Below, one piece after another: positions 12,868-26,515 of a stretch of DNA of 64,000 bases (within the stretch, counting starts at the first letter, position 1; every line of letters starts with the position of its first letter). The position numbers and the translations under genes were made by a program. The notes beneath the pieces were generated by a model, which was not told the DNA's origin, searched no databases, and saw nothing but the letters and a program-made list of their open reading frames with translations. The stretch lies in NCBI GenBank assembly GCA_002633005.1, contig NMRA01000337.1, positions 1 to 64,000 of the forward strand. Reading direction: 5' to 3'. The DNA comes from Phoronis australis. Lineage: Eukaryota; Animalia; Phoronida.

Positions 12868-15678
12868 CCCGGGTGAGAATTTTACATGTTTGACACACTT
12901 TTGAGCATGTCAAACGTGTAAAAAACGTGTAATACGTGCCGAAATTGCCACGCTAACGTGTAAAATGTGTAAAAACATGTAAAACGTGTAAAATTCAGGG
13001 CTTGGAATGACCCATGACAAAAAAGAGGAAAATTTTACGGCCCTAAATACACATTTCAATCTATACCATTCCTCAACAGATCGAAACTTACTGTGTCGTG
13101 TTGACAAAACGCATTCATCTTAAGCAGTACCTGACATCTATTTCAGCAACAACAATGAAGGCAATTGGATGCAACAAAAATATTTTTTAAAATTAAAATA
13201 ATAACGATAATGATGAAAAATTTGCAGTCTGGAGTGGCAGGAGCTTATTCGTGATTTGCTGAACTGAGGGAGACCAATAAAATTATTTTCAATTCTTATA
13301 ATTACGATACAAAATTACACAAAAAATGAAAATCGATCCATAGATTATCTAGAAAGCCTGAACTACATACACATTTAATTCCAACAAAATTTTTTATTTC
13401 AACGCAAATGGAAAAAAGTCAAGACGAAAACCTGTGGCTCATACCCCAACTGTTAGCATGGAAAAATGAAAGTCAAAAACAACATAGTTGACAGAATGCA
13501 TCAATCACAATCCTAAGTTGGCCAAACACTAATCACAGGAGTTCATAAGCCACGCTGGTGGAGAAAAAACTATGTGACATAAGAAATAACTATCTGCGAG
13601 GACACTGAAAATAGTCTGGCAGAATTTGTTAACAATGGCTTAGACCAATCAGATCATTCAGAATCTGTCACGTGATCACTTCTCTAAAACTGCCGAAAAC
13701 TCGAGTCACAAAATAGAACACGAAAAATGTCAAAATAAATTGAAATACATAAAAGGCAATTTAAAACGCATTTGCAGTAACGAAAATAGCACTTTGTATC
13801 CCGTTTCGGCACTCAAGCGGTCAGGCCTTAGGCTGAGGGCTTAGCAGCGAACGGCAATGGGCGTGCATGTGGGATCAAACAAAAGACACTGACATCCCAC
13901 GATTCCAATCCAGCGAATAACCGGTTACGGTTGAATTTCCCTTCAGGAAGCGTTGTTTCTAGTGTTTTATTTCATTGTTTTCAGTCGGTCCTCCGACTCC
14001 AACTTAGTCTGAGGCGACTCACCGACGCACTCCGTAATAATGTTCCTCACTCAAAGTTTACAGAGCACAAACCTTGACTTATGTTGTTTGTGAAGACATT
14101 GACAGTTTCTTTTATCTACTTTTCCACGAAATATTCTCTCTACTACACGCTCCACGCTTTTTGACCGTAGAATCGCACTATTTGTCGCCACGATTTTATA
14201 CCAAATGCAGACGCCATTGATGAAAACACGCTTAATCCTAGACACAGGCGCTTGAATTTATCAGTTCCTCGATTGCCTCTGACATCACTCACTACTAAGA
14301 AAGCATGTTTCTTGTATATGGTTACGAGTCATCGCGAAATTCGAGCGCCTGTGATCCACATATTAGTCCCCGTGTGGCTGGATATGTACCTAACTATCTG
14401 ACAGTTATTTTTCGGTGTAAGGGTGAATAAGCATTCACTGTCAGTGGTCACTTTATCGGATATTTGGCTTAAAAACACCAATTATGGTTAATCAAACAAT
14501 CCACCTTAAAAATAATGTGAACATTTTTTATATTAGAAACTGTTGGAAATTAGTGCCAATATTCATTTCTTGCCGATGCTATGCTACCCGTTTCATGAAT
14601 GGATAGTTCCCAACTAATGTCTTTGATGACAGGTTCATGTATGTAGCTCGCGCTTCCTGGCCACGTGCTTTAATATTGGCCAAGCTTAGTATTAGTCTTC
14701 GATTCGTGGTATTCACGACGTGTACAAAGAAATTTGGATTTCTATTGAAAGTCGGAAATATCTACAAAGCAATCCCATAGACAAGTACACTACGTCTGTT
14801 CTGAAAGGCCAGACGATTGGTCCTTGCCAGATCAGCAAAACTTTTGTGTTCGTTTTGAGGCATGGCAGAAGTTTGAAGTGTATAGTCATGGCTAAATACC
14901 GGCATAGCGGCGAGGCTCGTGGTCTACAAATTCTGCGCACAATGATTTTTTTCAGGACTGTAGCATATTATTGATAAATTGAAGACGTTACTGTAGAATT
15001 TTAGGACTGTATGTAAGGCATTTTTCGCACGTACATGTTCATGGACTGGGCGCTTTTTTAGCAAAGTCTGAAAACGTGTGGGGGGCTCTTATAGGGGCAT
15101 GGGTGGTTATTATGGCGAATACGGTACCTGTTTAAAAGAAAGACCATTTGCAAGAAAAGTTAAGCAAGCCACTGTCAACCAGAATACATACATACTAAAT
15201 TTTTGTTAGACCTGCATGGCACTCGAAAACCATACTTCATAAGTGCTCTCCTGACACAACTGCATTATCTGACAGCTAAACCAACTCTAACTCAGTCTTT
15301 GGACATTTGAAAAGGCAGTGAAGTCTTTTGTCGCAAATTCTTTGAAGTTATTACTGGAACATAGTCATTCAAATTGCGTGATTACCTTCCAGCGGCCTTT
15401 TCAGAACTGCCAAGCCTATTTAAATTCTACCTTTATTGAAGAGTTCTATCATATTTTACATGTTTGACACAATAGCGTGTAAAATTTCATACGTTTGACA
15501 AGCTAGGGTGTCAAATTTTACACGTTTGACCCACTAGCGTGTAAAATTTATACCTTTGACACGCTAGCATGTCAAATTTTACACATTTGACACGCTAGCA
15601 TGGCACATAATTACATGTTTGATACGCTAGCGTGTAAAATTTTACAAGTTTGATAAATGTGGAAATTTTTCACCTGGG
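12868..15678. mobile_element. CMC/EnSpm-like non-autonomous element with subterminal tandem repeats and a nested pogo-like copy
   Basis: Termini CCCGGGTGAGAATT / AATTTTTCACCTGGG; ACGTGTAAAA repeats at 12880-12995 and TTTGACACGCTAGCGTGTAAAAT repeats at 15455-15655; begins inside a Kolobok-type TIR fragment at about 12826. Confidence 0.6.
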
Positions 15679-16887
15679 AGTAAATAAAAATGTGGATAAT
15701 GCTATATCACTGATGTTTAACTGTTGGCACAGTAGAATTGAAATTGCTAAGAATATATGTTTAATGAAATTAGATATCCTATGGTAGTATTTGACTCCTG
15801 AGCATCAGTAGTGGCTTTAATTTACCTGACCTTTTGTACCTTACCTGTCTTAATCATGTCATTTTTTTCTCATTGTCAATACTTTCACTGTCTAGAGTCA
15901 TCTCTTTATTTATTTCATCTCTCTTAGTTAAATTTTCACCATTCTTCGTCATTTATTTATTGTCTTAATTCTCAAACTGTTTTACTTGTATCTTTGTCAC
16001 GTATATTTAATTATTGTTTTGTTAGTTCATTGTATTATATTTCTGTTTTTGTTGTTGAGGGCCCTCTTGGAAAGTAGTGCTATCACTGAAGAGGTCGCCC
16101 TTATTTTAAATGTCACAATAAATAAATATGTAAATAAATAAATAAATAAAGTAATGAAACAAATGTGAAGCCCATAAAAGTGTTGTTAATGCTGAGAATC
16201 ACAATAGTTTAACAGGCTGAATGAAAACGTCAATTCTTCAGAAGGGAAATGCATGTAATGACTGCCTGGATGGACCAAATGACCTCAAACTATGGAATTG
16301 AAAGTCAATTACATGTACCAATCAGATGTGTGATTTGAAGAGTCTACTTCAAAATTTAAGTTTACACTCATACTAATTTCATCTAACTGGAAGACCCGAC
16401 TGTTTAGAAAAATAGTATTGATTGTCATGTATGCTTACACCTGTAACCTGAAATTGAGAATTCCTCGAAAAATGTAGGAGAAATAACATTTTGAAACGTT
16501 TACACTGATTGACCCTTTCCAGTGCATTATATGCCATATTAGTAGAATTATTGCAAAGCACGTGAAAAATGTGTTTAATGCTGAGAATCACGGTTGTACA
16601 ACTGTTGACACATCAGAAAACGTGCTGAAAGAGTAGGGTCCATTTCAGAAGAAAAATGCACCCAATAACCCCATGGCTGCACCAAGTGACCTGAAACTTT
16701 TGAATTGGAACTCAGTTACATGTACCAACCCTATTTGTGAATTTGAAGTGTTTGGATTAAAATTTAAGTTTGCACTCAACAACCTTTGACCTATTTCAAA
16801 ATATGTTTATTATGAATCTTACAAGCTGTAAAACGATGTTGTTTAATTTCATTGTGCTCCTTCATTGTCATCCGTAAAATCGGCAAT

Positions 16888-17720
16888 TTCCGAGATGTGA
16901 TCTGCGGTGTGCGCGTATGTGTACAAAACACGTGATTGTTATGTTCCTGAAGTACGAAAATTAAGAAACTTTAGCATGCCGTTATTATTGACAAGGACAC
17001 GATAAAAACGAATTTGGATTTTGACTATAGTCTTGATACAGCGAGCTGACTGACCACTGCGTCAGTGTCTCCGTTATTCCCAGAAATTTCACACAGCCCG
17101 GTTAGTTCACCTCATCCCCAGCATGTAGATCGAGCCTTCCACGGTAGAGCTAACGACCGTCGGCCTGTGCACACAAAACCTGTGAGTTAACCAGCACTCA
17201 CCTTGCACGTTGCAGCCGTTTAAGTGAAAAACAATCTAGTAAACGCCACTTTCTTGCATAATCCTCCGCCTTTTGTAAAAAAAAGTCCGTCGTCGATGAC
17301 CCGCACACGCACGCTCACTCACTCTCATAAGCAGACGAACTTTAAAACAAACGTCACGTGACAACAACATGTGTGTTCATCCAGAGATTTTTCTCGTGTT
17401 GTAAGGTACGATGTAGAGCAGATTTAGACTTAATCGCAATTAATCTGGACTCCACATGAACTTAAAAAAATGTAAAACATAAGGAAGATTTCAGGTAATT
17501 TGTTGAGTCAAAACTATAATTTTATTCAAGAGTTCAAGTTTTCCTATTGACGATCGCGATTCAGCAACGCATCAGTCGGCAAGTTTTCGCCCTGTGATGA
17601 GCACAATTTTTTGAAAAATTATCGTAATTTAACAACGGAAGTTGATAGCAATGCACCACAAATTTGTAGAAAGACTGTCATAGGCTACAAATACGTCACA
17701 GAGCATAAATTTGAAGAATC
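16888..17720 (+). repeat. Dispersed non-coding repeat, unclassified (near-identical copy at 36704-37545, diverged partial copy at about 33975-34366)
   Basis: About 830 bp alignable by eye from TTCC(G/A)AGATGTGATCTGCGG to AAATTTGA(A/T)GAAT. Confidence 0.85.
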
Positions 17721-18617
17721 CTAACTTCCGATTTTACCCATTTGGGAAACCGGGTTTCAACTGCCGTAGGCTACAATAAGCGTCCCCTCCCTGTGAAATG
17801 AATTTTTCTAAGCGTTTACTAGAGCCAATACAGTATACAGCTTTCCACCAAGGCTAGGTGATGCTACCACATTATTCTTTGTTGCATTAGTAACTGGTCT
17901 TGGCTAATTATCATTTTATGGCCTGGTCATCCATTCAGCCAAAAGTAGTTCCAGAGGTGGCTTATTAGCCAATTATTCATGCATGCTGACTCACAATAGA
18001 AGCCTGATAAGAGTGAAGGTGGATAAATGGGGTGTTCCTACAGTTTCTTGTGGTAGTGGATGTGTTCAGGACATGCATAAAACACATGGGCGGTGCACCA
18101 TAGGGGAATGCGGGGGGGCCCTAGCCCCCCACTTTTTTCAGTGCTATGCCGCACATGGTCTATAGGCGGTGCACCACAGGGAGGCTGAGGGGGTTTCAAC
18201 CCCCCCCCGACCTTTTTAGTGCTGCGCGGTCCATGTAACACTACAGAAGACTAATATCAATTTCGAAAAAAACAATTGCCAAAATTGTTTTCATTTCTTT
18301 TCAAAGGCTTCCATTATTGTTGTGAATGTTCGTATTTTTCCAATAAATGTCTGATGACAGGGAAAATGAAATTTCACTCTCCCAATTTGGAGGTTTTACC
18401 ATGTCTCTACGTATTTCAACATATTGGGAGCAAGAAACACGCTAATAAAATACTTTGTAAGTCAAATATCTGAGTACCACAATTCCAAAGGTTCTCAAAT
18501 TTTATGGACTTTTATATGCAGAACTCAAACTTAAAATTGTTGAATACTTTTGTGAAGGAAGTACTATCCATAATTTGAGTCAAATTAGAATAGTGTTGAA
18601 GACTTGTGTTAACTCAC

Positions 18618-18740
18618 CAGGCACAGAAAGAAGACAAGGGGTGAGACAAAATGCACAGAAGGTACACCCCCCACGGTGAACCTCGAAGCTGCTTCAAACA
18701 GGTCACATAGTGCAATCACACCTAGTGCACCACAGAGAAC
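18618..18740 (-). CDS. ABCC/MRP1-like exon 3 (VLCGALGVIALCDLFE...HFVSPLVFFLCL)
   Basis: 123 nt, ttttAG / GTgagt boundaries, open frame, hydrophobic TMD0 helices with FVSP motif. Confidence 0.9.
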
Positions 18741-18784
18741 CTAAAATAAGGGCGAGTGAAAAGGAAAACATGATGTTAACACAT

Positions 18785-18846
18785 TGTATTAAGACTATGC
18801 CAGTGTATTAAGACTATGCCAGTGTATTAAGACTATGCCAGTGTAT
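18785..18846. repeat. 19-bp tandem repeat x3 (TGTATTAAGACTATGCCAG)
   Basis: Perfect copies just upstream of the exon 3 acceptor. Confidence 0.9.
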
Positions 18847-20640
18847 GCATACTCCTTATTTTAGTTTCTTTGTACTAACAATTTTGTCACAACAAAACTA
18901 TAGACAGAGAAGTTACTGCAATAATTTATTATAGACATATTAAAATGGTACGCAAATAAAATATTTCATGAATTATTCATGTCAACATAAAATTTGTCTT
19001 GCATATTGGCATCAGGCAAGTCATCACCTGTGCCTGCGTAACCTCTGACCCACAGTGAGTTCTGAATGGTGATATGGTGTATGGAAATGTCAGACAGTAT
19101 TATGGACACTAAAATGTTCCAGAAACCAATTTAAATGCAATGAAGTTACAAAAAACATTTGTTTAAAAAGTGTACAATATGCACTTTTAGAGAAAAAAAA
19201 TGAAAAAAGTCCATTAGAGAGATTTCTTGAATTTGTACACACATCCAAAATCTATGCATAAACATAACTTTCAATTCCCACAGCCCTGCAAACTGGCTTA
19301 AATAAGCACTTGAGTGACATCCACTTTCAACACTACAACTCCAGATTTATCTCCCCTGTTACGTGATGAGTGCAGAGAAATTACTATTATCAATATTCTT
19401 TGGGAGTCCTTATGTCTCACTTTCTAATCCCATTATCTTGTGTTTTCTGTCATTTCGTGCTATCTCCCTTATTTTATATTGGAAAATTAGTGTTTTGGGT
19501 GTCCAAAACGTGTTATTTTCTTCATAAACCTTTGAAGGTAAAAATTGTGAGGTCATTTAGTGCAAAATTGGTGATTTTTGTCTCAGAGCCATGCCATGAT
19601 CTCGTACACAAAGTTTAAGCTGAATCTGAAACATAACCCCAGAGTGATTTGTTATTTCTTTTTATTGTTTTGTGGATTGGCTCTTAAGCGGCTATGAACT
19701 AGGCTTTCCATCACAAAGACTTTTAGATTCAAAACATTTCTTGCTATGAAATTGGTGTCTAATTCTTCCTCAGCTAATATCGAGTGATTTCTAAGCTTGG
19801 AAAGAACTGATATTTTGTTTTGTTATTACTATAGAGACTACGGCCAACAAGTTGCACTGTTATAACAAATTGCTGTTTCATGTGTCGAGTATGGCCAGAA
19901 ATAACGAAGTGTCAGTTGCTTGAAAGTCGAGAAATATCTTTTCATATGAATAAAGAAAAGTTGATTATAATTTTATAGCAAAAAGCACTCTAAATCAAAA
20001 GTTTTGCATTTTTGGAAGAATGCGGGTTCACAGCCACTTTTAATTAACGAGACAGTAGCAATTACACCAAAGCTCTTACATTAAAACATAAAATAAGGAT
20101 TATAATTTTTGCACATTTTACGTTCTCAACACAAACGATACAGTGTGAAGAAATTTATACTTCATTGTTTTCAGGTTGGTACTATATATCTTTCATCAAA
20201 CTACATGATTGTGCTAAGTTAAAGTCAGTCTATCACAAATAGGAATAACTACAATTTGGCCATCATATCTTAGCATAAAACAAGCATATATGGGCATTAA
20301 ATACGCAACTAGTATTTTAAGTAATCTAAAATATCAGATCTGCCTCGAGAGCAATAATTTTACTAACCGAAGTGGTTTTTAGTTTCAGTTTTTCATAATA
20401 GTGAACTGCATGTAATTGTAAGTTGTTTAAACATTGTTCAACATTACTTTACAACAGTTTTGCAGAGTTCACAATACACAAGCAGTACACGCTGTGGCAA
20501 GTTTTAATTAACATAAATCCTATAAATCATTCGTCAGTCAACTTGACAGCTCGGTAGTACATACTGTGACAAATGTATAACCCCACAACGTTTAAGAAGT
20601 CACACTTGAGAAACACAATCACTGAGTTATAAATACTTAC

Positions 20641-20817
20641 CGTTTTTGTGAGGTTAAACCAATTGTGTTGAATACTTAGTCGCTTTGCCGTGCTGAGTCG
20701 GAAGAACTCAAACCCACCAATAATAATCAAGAAAAAACATGGCGACCACAGCAGAACTGTCCTCTGGAAGCATGGTGTGAAATCTGGGTTGTTTGTGTTG
20801 CTAACAAAAGTTTCGTC
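20641..20817 (-). CDS. ABCC/MRP1-like exon 2 (DETFVSNTNNPDFTPCFQRTVLLWSPCFFL...FNLTKT)
   Basis: 177 nt, tttccAG / GTaagt boundaries, NPDFT.CFQ.TVL.W.PC motif of the MRP TMD0 domain. Confidence 0.95.
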
Positions 20818-23800
20818 CTGGAAACAAAATGTGTTATTAATTTACTTTAAAGACCAAGTTGTTTTTAAAGCATCAACAAGATGCGAAGCATTAAGATGGA
20901 TTTAATTGCTGGTACCTGAAATTAGATAATAACTACAACCCCCTAAAGCCTTTGACTACTTGCTTTCACATACTTTTGTACCTCAGAAATAGAAGATCCT
21001 AACTAAAAACGTAGATATTGAACAAAAATCGAACCTCACTTTAACTCTTGAATTTAAACCTCATTTTCAACCCTAACCTAACCCTTTTGTAAAGGACTTT
21101 GAAACAGTCAGAAGGCCTCAAACTGATATAACATTGCAGAGTCAGTGATGAATCGTTGGTGTTTAAAAGTATTACCGTGCTCATCCAATCTTGAAATATT
21201 ACCAAAAGAGCAAACAACTCGAGTCAAACATTACGGCATTCTCCCGTTCAGTGACTTTACCAGACGTAGATGGTTGTGAGCCTGAGACAACCTCTAGCTC
21301 CTTTGTTTGCTGCCAAGCACAGTCTTTTGTCTGGTATGACAACAGGCAAGCTAGTTATCTACCAGGCTTATTACAGACCATGTGTAAACACAGTCAAACC
21401 AAGAGCGAATTGGTACGTCAGAAAGCTCTGAAACACCAGTTTGGAGTTGAGCAAGGTCTGTGTCCCTATATAAAGTACAGAATTGCAGTGGCACATGAGT
21501 CTACTGAAAGCAGACACTCTGGCAACCAAACAGGTGCTAATGATTGACAGGACTACCAAATACTTTGAAAATAGTTTGAACATTGCAACATTTGAAATAC
21601 ATTGTATATTTCTTTCTGAGTTGAAAGGGCCAACTTCTCTCTTTGATTAACTGGGAGTCTTAGTAATCTTACAATGTGGGTGTCCAAACTGGAGAAATTC
21701 TGATTGACAGGGCGTCCAAATGATACATTGGGTGTCCTTGCCAGAGTGTTCATATTAGCACTAGGGCCTGAGGGGTCATCTTCCCAACTTGTTGCTGGGC
21801 TATAGAATAAAACAATTTGGGAGTAACAAGTTGGGATCAACAGGAAAACACAGTAAGGAAACACAATGCAGACATGTGCAATACTCAAATCTTGAGGGAA
21901 TTGGCCAACTCCCATAATAACTCTGAAGCATTTCCTTGAGTCCCTGATGGTTTTCTCTTCTTAATGGGAACAGTAAGAATCCCATAACTGTGAAAAACGT
22001 CAAGAGATCGATTTCATGAGAGTGAAAAGACCACTAGATTTATGCTTTTTAGCCTGCTAAACAGAGCGAAATGCAGCTTTAACTGATTTTTGTCACTCAC
22101 ATATCATTAAAAAGGCCCATTTAAGCTCTAACCACTCTTGTGGCAAGATCGATTGCTAATCCACTGCCTGGTAAGTTTTTTTCGGGTCTGTAGGCAGTGC
22201 TTGATCGTTGGCATCCAAGATCTCTATTCACTAATCCCAAATAAAGAATTTGATGTGTTGTATGTAGTATCAGGGTATTCCATTGAAACAGGAACCCCGG
22301 TGAAACATTTCCCGGAGTCGAAAACAAGACTCCCACACCTTCAAAACAACTAACAAGCCTGAGACACACAAACCCGACCTGTGACACAAATCCCATGGAT
22401 CGTACAGGACAATCGGGGATCGGACAGGACATCTGAGGACCGAAGCACCGCTCCCCCGCACTTTATGTCAAACATTGTGTCGCATACACGATATTTAACA
22501 TCACGTTCATGATGATGGCGCATTCTAGCAGAACGCTCTCTGATTTGGAATAATACTTTTGTAGTTGAATATCAGTGGACTATATTTATTAATATGTCTT
22601 TTATCTTAATTCTACATGGTGACCTCGACGTGATGTATCAACAGCAAGAAGTTTTTTTAAACTGAAAGACAAGCTTAAACAAACAAAATGACATCGAGAG
22701 ACGAAATAGAAGCAACAGGAAAGGCTCGTTTACACGGTGTAGAAATGCCGAAACAACTTGAATTTTCTAGTAAAAAACTACATGACGACTAAAATACTGA
22801 CACAGAAAATTCTGAATTGTTACGAAGGACTTGAAGAAAAATACCAAGTCGATAAGGTATAATGTGGATGGGTCCAGAAGCATGTGTGAAACATGCAAAC
22901 CACCCCTTAGATGGTAATGATAACGAGAAGATAAACCCCCTGTGGATGTTTTTCGATGGCACAGAAGGAACGTGGAATGCATCACAGACGATATTAAAGT
23001 TTGTCAAGCAGCAAGCCGATGAGACTGTTGATCAATTTTATGATCGGATAAGGAAGTTGTTACAGCAATGTGAATATCCAAATGACATTTCAAGCATCAT
23101 GGAGACTTGAAGCCCTTAAATATGGATTCAAAAGTGTTAAGATTATGGAAAAAGTTTATGCCCTCCCAAAGACCGCGACAAGTACTCAAGTACTGGACAT
23201 GGCAAGGGCGATGGAGGCAGCACAACGGCACATGCGAGAAGTTGATAAAGTGAGCCAGGAGACCACGCAGTGTTCTGATACCGCAGATAATACTGATGAA
23301 CTTCGACAAACTCGCACACGACAGATTAATTGCACGAAATGTGGATATATGCACCCACCAAAGCGATGTCCAGCGTTCGGTAATAAATGCAACAGCTGCA
23401 AACAGATGAACCATTTTGAGCGGTGCTGTCAGCTCAACACTAAACCTGAGAAGCCGGAAACCGAAAAGAGAAGAAAGCATGTGAAACAACTGCACGAAGC
23501 TGGAGCCAGTTATCAATCTTCTGGAGAGGAAAATTTGTATGACAGTACATCAGTTGAGACCGTGGGGACCCAGGCAGGTGAAATCCATTTTGATGATGAC
23601 CTTGGGCCAGATACCTAATTTGCTGTTGTTAGGATCGAGACATCAGGGAGACAAGTTAGGCTGAAAAGCAAAATTGATACTGGGACCCAAGTTAATCTCC
23701 TGAATATTGCCACATATAAGAAGCTGCACAGGGCCGATGCAGTCAAGAAACTCTGGAAATCCACTGTCAAACTGACTGGTTATGGTGGTAAAAGTTTTAC

Positions 23801-24942
23801 CAATCATGGCAAGTTTTGGATTGGTCGTGTTTTCCACAACAACATCGCTGGACATAGGGTACCCTTTTTGTCTCAGATTTTGGAAACAATCTATTCTCGT
23901 TGAGGTTCTGCAAAGCCAATGAACATAGTGAAAATACTTCGTGATGAGCCCGGTACTTGCAAAGATTGTCACAGCGACTTCGACATAAGTGAAGTCAGGA
24001 AAAGAGAATTGTGTAAAACGAGATGGGTAGATCAGAGTTATCTCCACAAAGCAGGTTATTGAAGACGCCAAGGATGTTTTTACAGGAGTGGGAAACTGAA
24101 GGACAAAAAGTATAAAATTCAGATAGATGATACTGTTCCACCAGTGGTATGCCCTCCAAGAAGAGTACCACCTGCTGTTAAAAAGCAACTTCTGATGGAA
24201 CTCAACCGCATGGAAGAGCTTGGAATTATCAAGAAGCAGCAGGAAGCCACGCCCTGGGTAAACAGACTAGTGTGTATCCCAAAACCAAATGGCCAGCTAA
24301 GGGTGTGACTTGATCCTAAACCGTTAAACAGGGCTGTGAAAAGACCCCACCATTACACTCCTACCTTGGAGGAAGTAATAACGCAGCTTAAAATGGGTGG
24401 TATTTCTCGGCACTAGATCAGGCATGTGGATACTGGAATATTGAGATGCATCCACAGAGTGTTTCCTTACTTACATTTAACAGTCGCTTTGGCAGATACA
24501 TCTATCAGCGATTAAACATGTCTTCCAACGTGCCACTGACAACACATTTGGAGACTTGAAGAATGTTTACTGCATCGCAGATGATATCTTGATTGCAGCA
24601 CAGATGAGACGTGATCATGATATTGCCCTGAATCACATCATTCAGCGCTGCAGAGAGTCAGGATTCCGGTTGAATCCGAAGAAAGCAAAGATACTTCCGG
24701 CAGAGATTCGTTACTTTGGCCACGTACTTACACCAGAAGGCATTAAGCCAGATCCTAAAAAGTTGGATGCTATTGAGAGAATAGCACCTCCTGACAACAA
24801 GCTTGAATTACAGTCCTTACTGGGCTGCTTTACGTACCTGGGCACATTTATTCCTAACTTGTCTCAGACTTATGAGCTTAGATTTCACTTGGACCGATCA
24901 ACACATACAGAATCTGAATAGCTTGAAAGAATGTGTTCTTAA

Positions 24943-26511
24943 AGGTGAAGGGAACCTTTTCATGTCCTTTTCAGCAAAAATAAGGTTCATTGAATATCCT
25001 AGACATCTTTTTCACTTAATTGCAGCTTTTTGTACCCATCCTCTACTCAGGAACTGACGTTTTGGGAGGCAACAATTTCGCGCCAATTTCTGTTCACATG
25101 GTCTGACTGTGAGAGCTGTAGAGCCAGTCATTGTTCTACCTTCGTTGTGATTTGTTCGGTCGTTGTTTGTTTTTGTTTACAAGTCATCCAACATGCCACA
25201 CTGTTGCTGCGTACCGGGATGTACTCATTGTCGTCTCAAATGCGTTTTGGGAATATCCGGCTTTGCATTGCTTTCCGGAAGATGACACACTTTGCCGTCA
25301 GTACTTGGCTCGTTCGGGTAACGCACCGCTACCCGTCCATGCAACGTTCAAAGCAGTGATCGGGTTACCCAGTTGGGTAACGCACCATTACCCGTCCAAG
25401 CAGCGTTCAAAGCAGTGGAGAGTAACCGAGTGTGTGGCAAGCAATTTCTGTCATCAGGAGAGAGATATGTACACTAAATTGACAAAGGTCCCTATGAAAC
25501 AACGCCTGAAGAATGGTGACATATCGTCGCTGTTGATTCCTGGCAGTGCCCACCGCCACCGAGAAGTACGTTTTTGAAGCGAGAAGTGCGTTTTTGAAGC
25601 GAGAAGTGCGTTTTTGAAGTGAGAAGCCTCGTGAGCTATGGCCACTACAGTGACTGGAGACACTTCATCTACTATCACCGTTGCCTCCGAACGTACCCCC
25701 AGAGCGTGCAATTACGGGAACTAGCAGTGATTCGCCCTGTTCTGTTGTCTCTAGCCCAGAGCCTGTAAGCAGCTCTGCAGCGATGTTGAGTAGTGGGAGT
25801 ATACAGGCTCAGTTCGATACCCAGTTAAGAGGACAATTCCTCGTCCAATGAAAAGATCGGTGAGTCAAACTTCGACAAGTTTATTGCGGACTTGTCTGAA
25901 GTATTGTAGCTATCTAGAAGGTGCCATGTGTGTGGCGAGAGGGCCACATGGCAGGATGTAAGCAGTTTGGGTGCTCAGTGGGAGCGTGTCGCGGGGTCAC
26001 TCGGGCAAGTGAGACAGTTGTACCTGTGGGTACTCTGCCTGATCATTATACTCGGGCTCAAACATATACCCACCCACTGACTGTCCGTGAAAAAATTCCT
26101 CATCACCACTGCTATGAACAGTGTCTTCATTACTGACACTCATTACTTCTGTCACTGTGATATAGGTCGCCGACTCTAGCCATTTTCAGATTAACACAAA
26201 CCAAACAACCGCTAAATCCAACGTAATTTAGTTCTCTAACAACCTAGCTTGTCGTAAAATACTCCTCTTTGGGAGTGGTGACGACAATTTTAAAAAACAG
26301 CACGATAACAAAAGTAGTACAGATCCTCACAGTAAACTCAACACAGAACCAAATTGGCGCGAAATTCTTGCCTCCCAAAACGTCACTTCCAGAGTAGAGG
26401 ACGAGTAATTAATTAAATTATGAAAAGCTGCAATTTAATGAAAAATGTGTCTGGGATAATCAAGGAACCTTATTTTTGCTCAAAATGACATAAAAAAGGT
26501 TGCCTTCGCCT
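24943..26511 (+). mobile_element. Kolobok-like non-autonomous DNA transposon with decayed THAP ORF
   Basis: TTAA on both sides, AG..CT termini, imperfect TIRs of about 150 bp; THAP remnants from ATG at about 25193 (FPEDD.L.RQY, CVASNF, RLKNGDISSL). Confidence 0.85.
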
Positions 26512-26515
26512 TTAA

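Noticed and set aside
18085-18232. G/C-run clusters (also near 5880-5933, 39969-40110, 41100-41265, 45094-45406, 45812-46578) as G-quadruplex or promoter signals
   Set aside because: They match the GC-rich ends of common hAT-like MITE fragments (CATAGGCG/CAGTGGCG-type termini); nothing locus-specific
21673-21799. Exon-like segment (tatAG ... GTaag) in ORF 21553..21915 within ABCC intron 1
   Set aside because: 127 nt would frameshift the phase-0 exon 1-2 junction, the peptide is not MRP-like, and there is no other support
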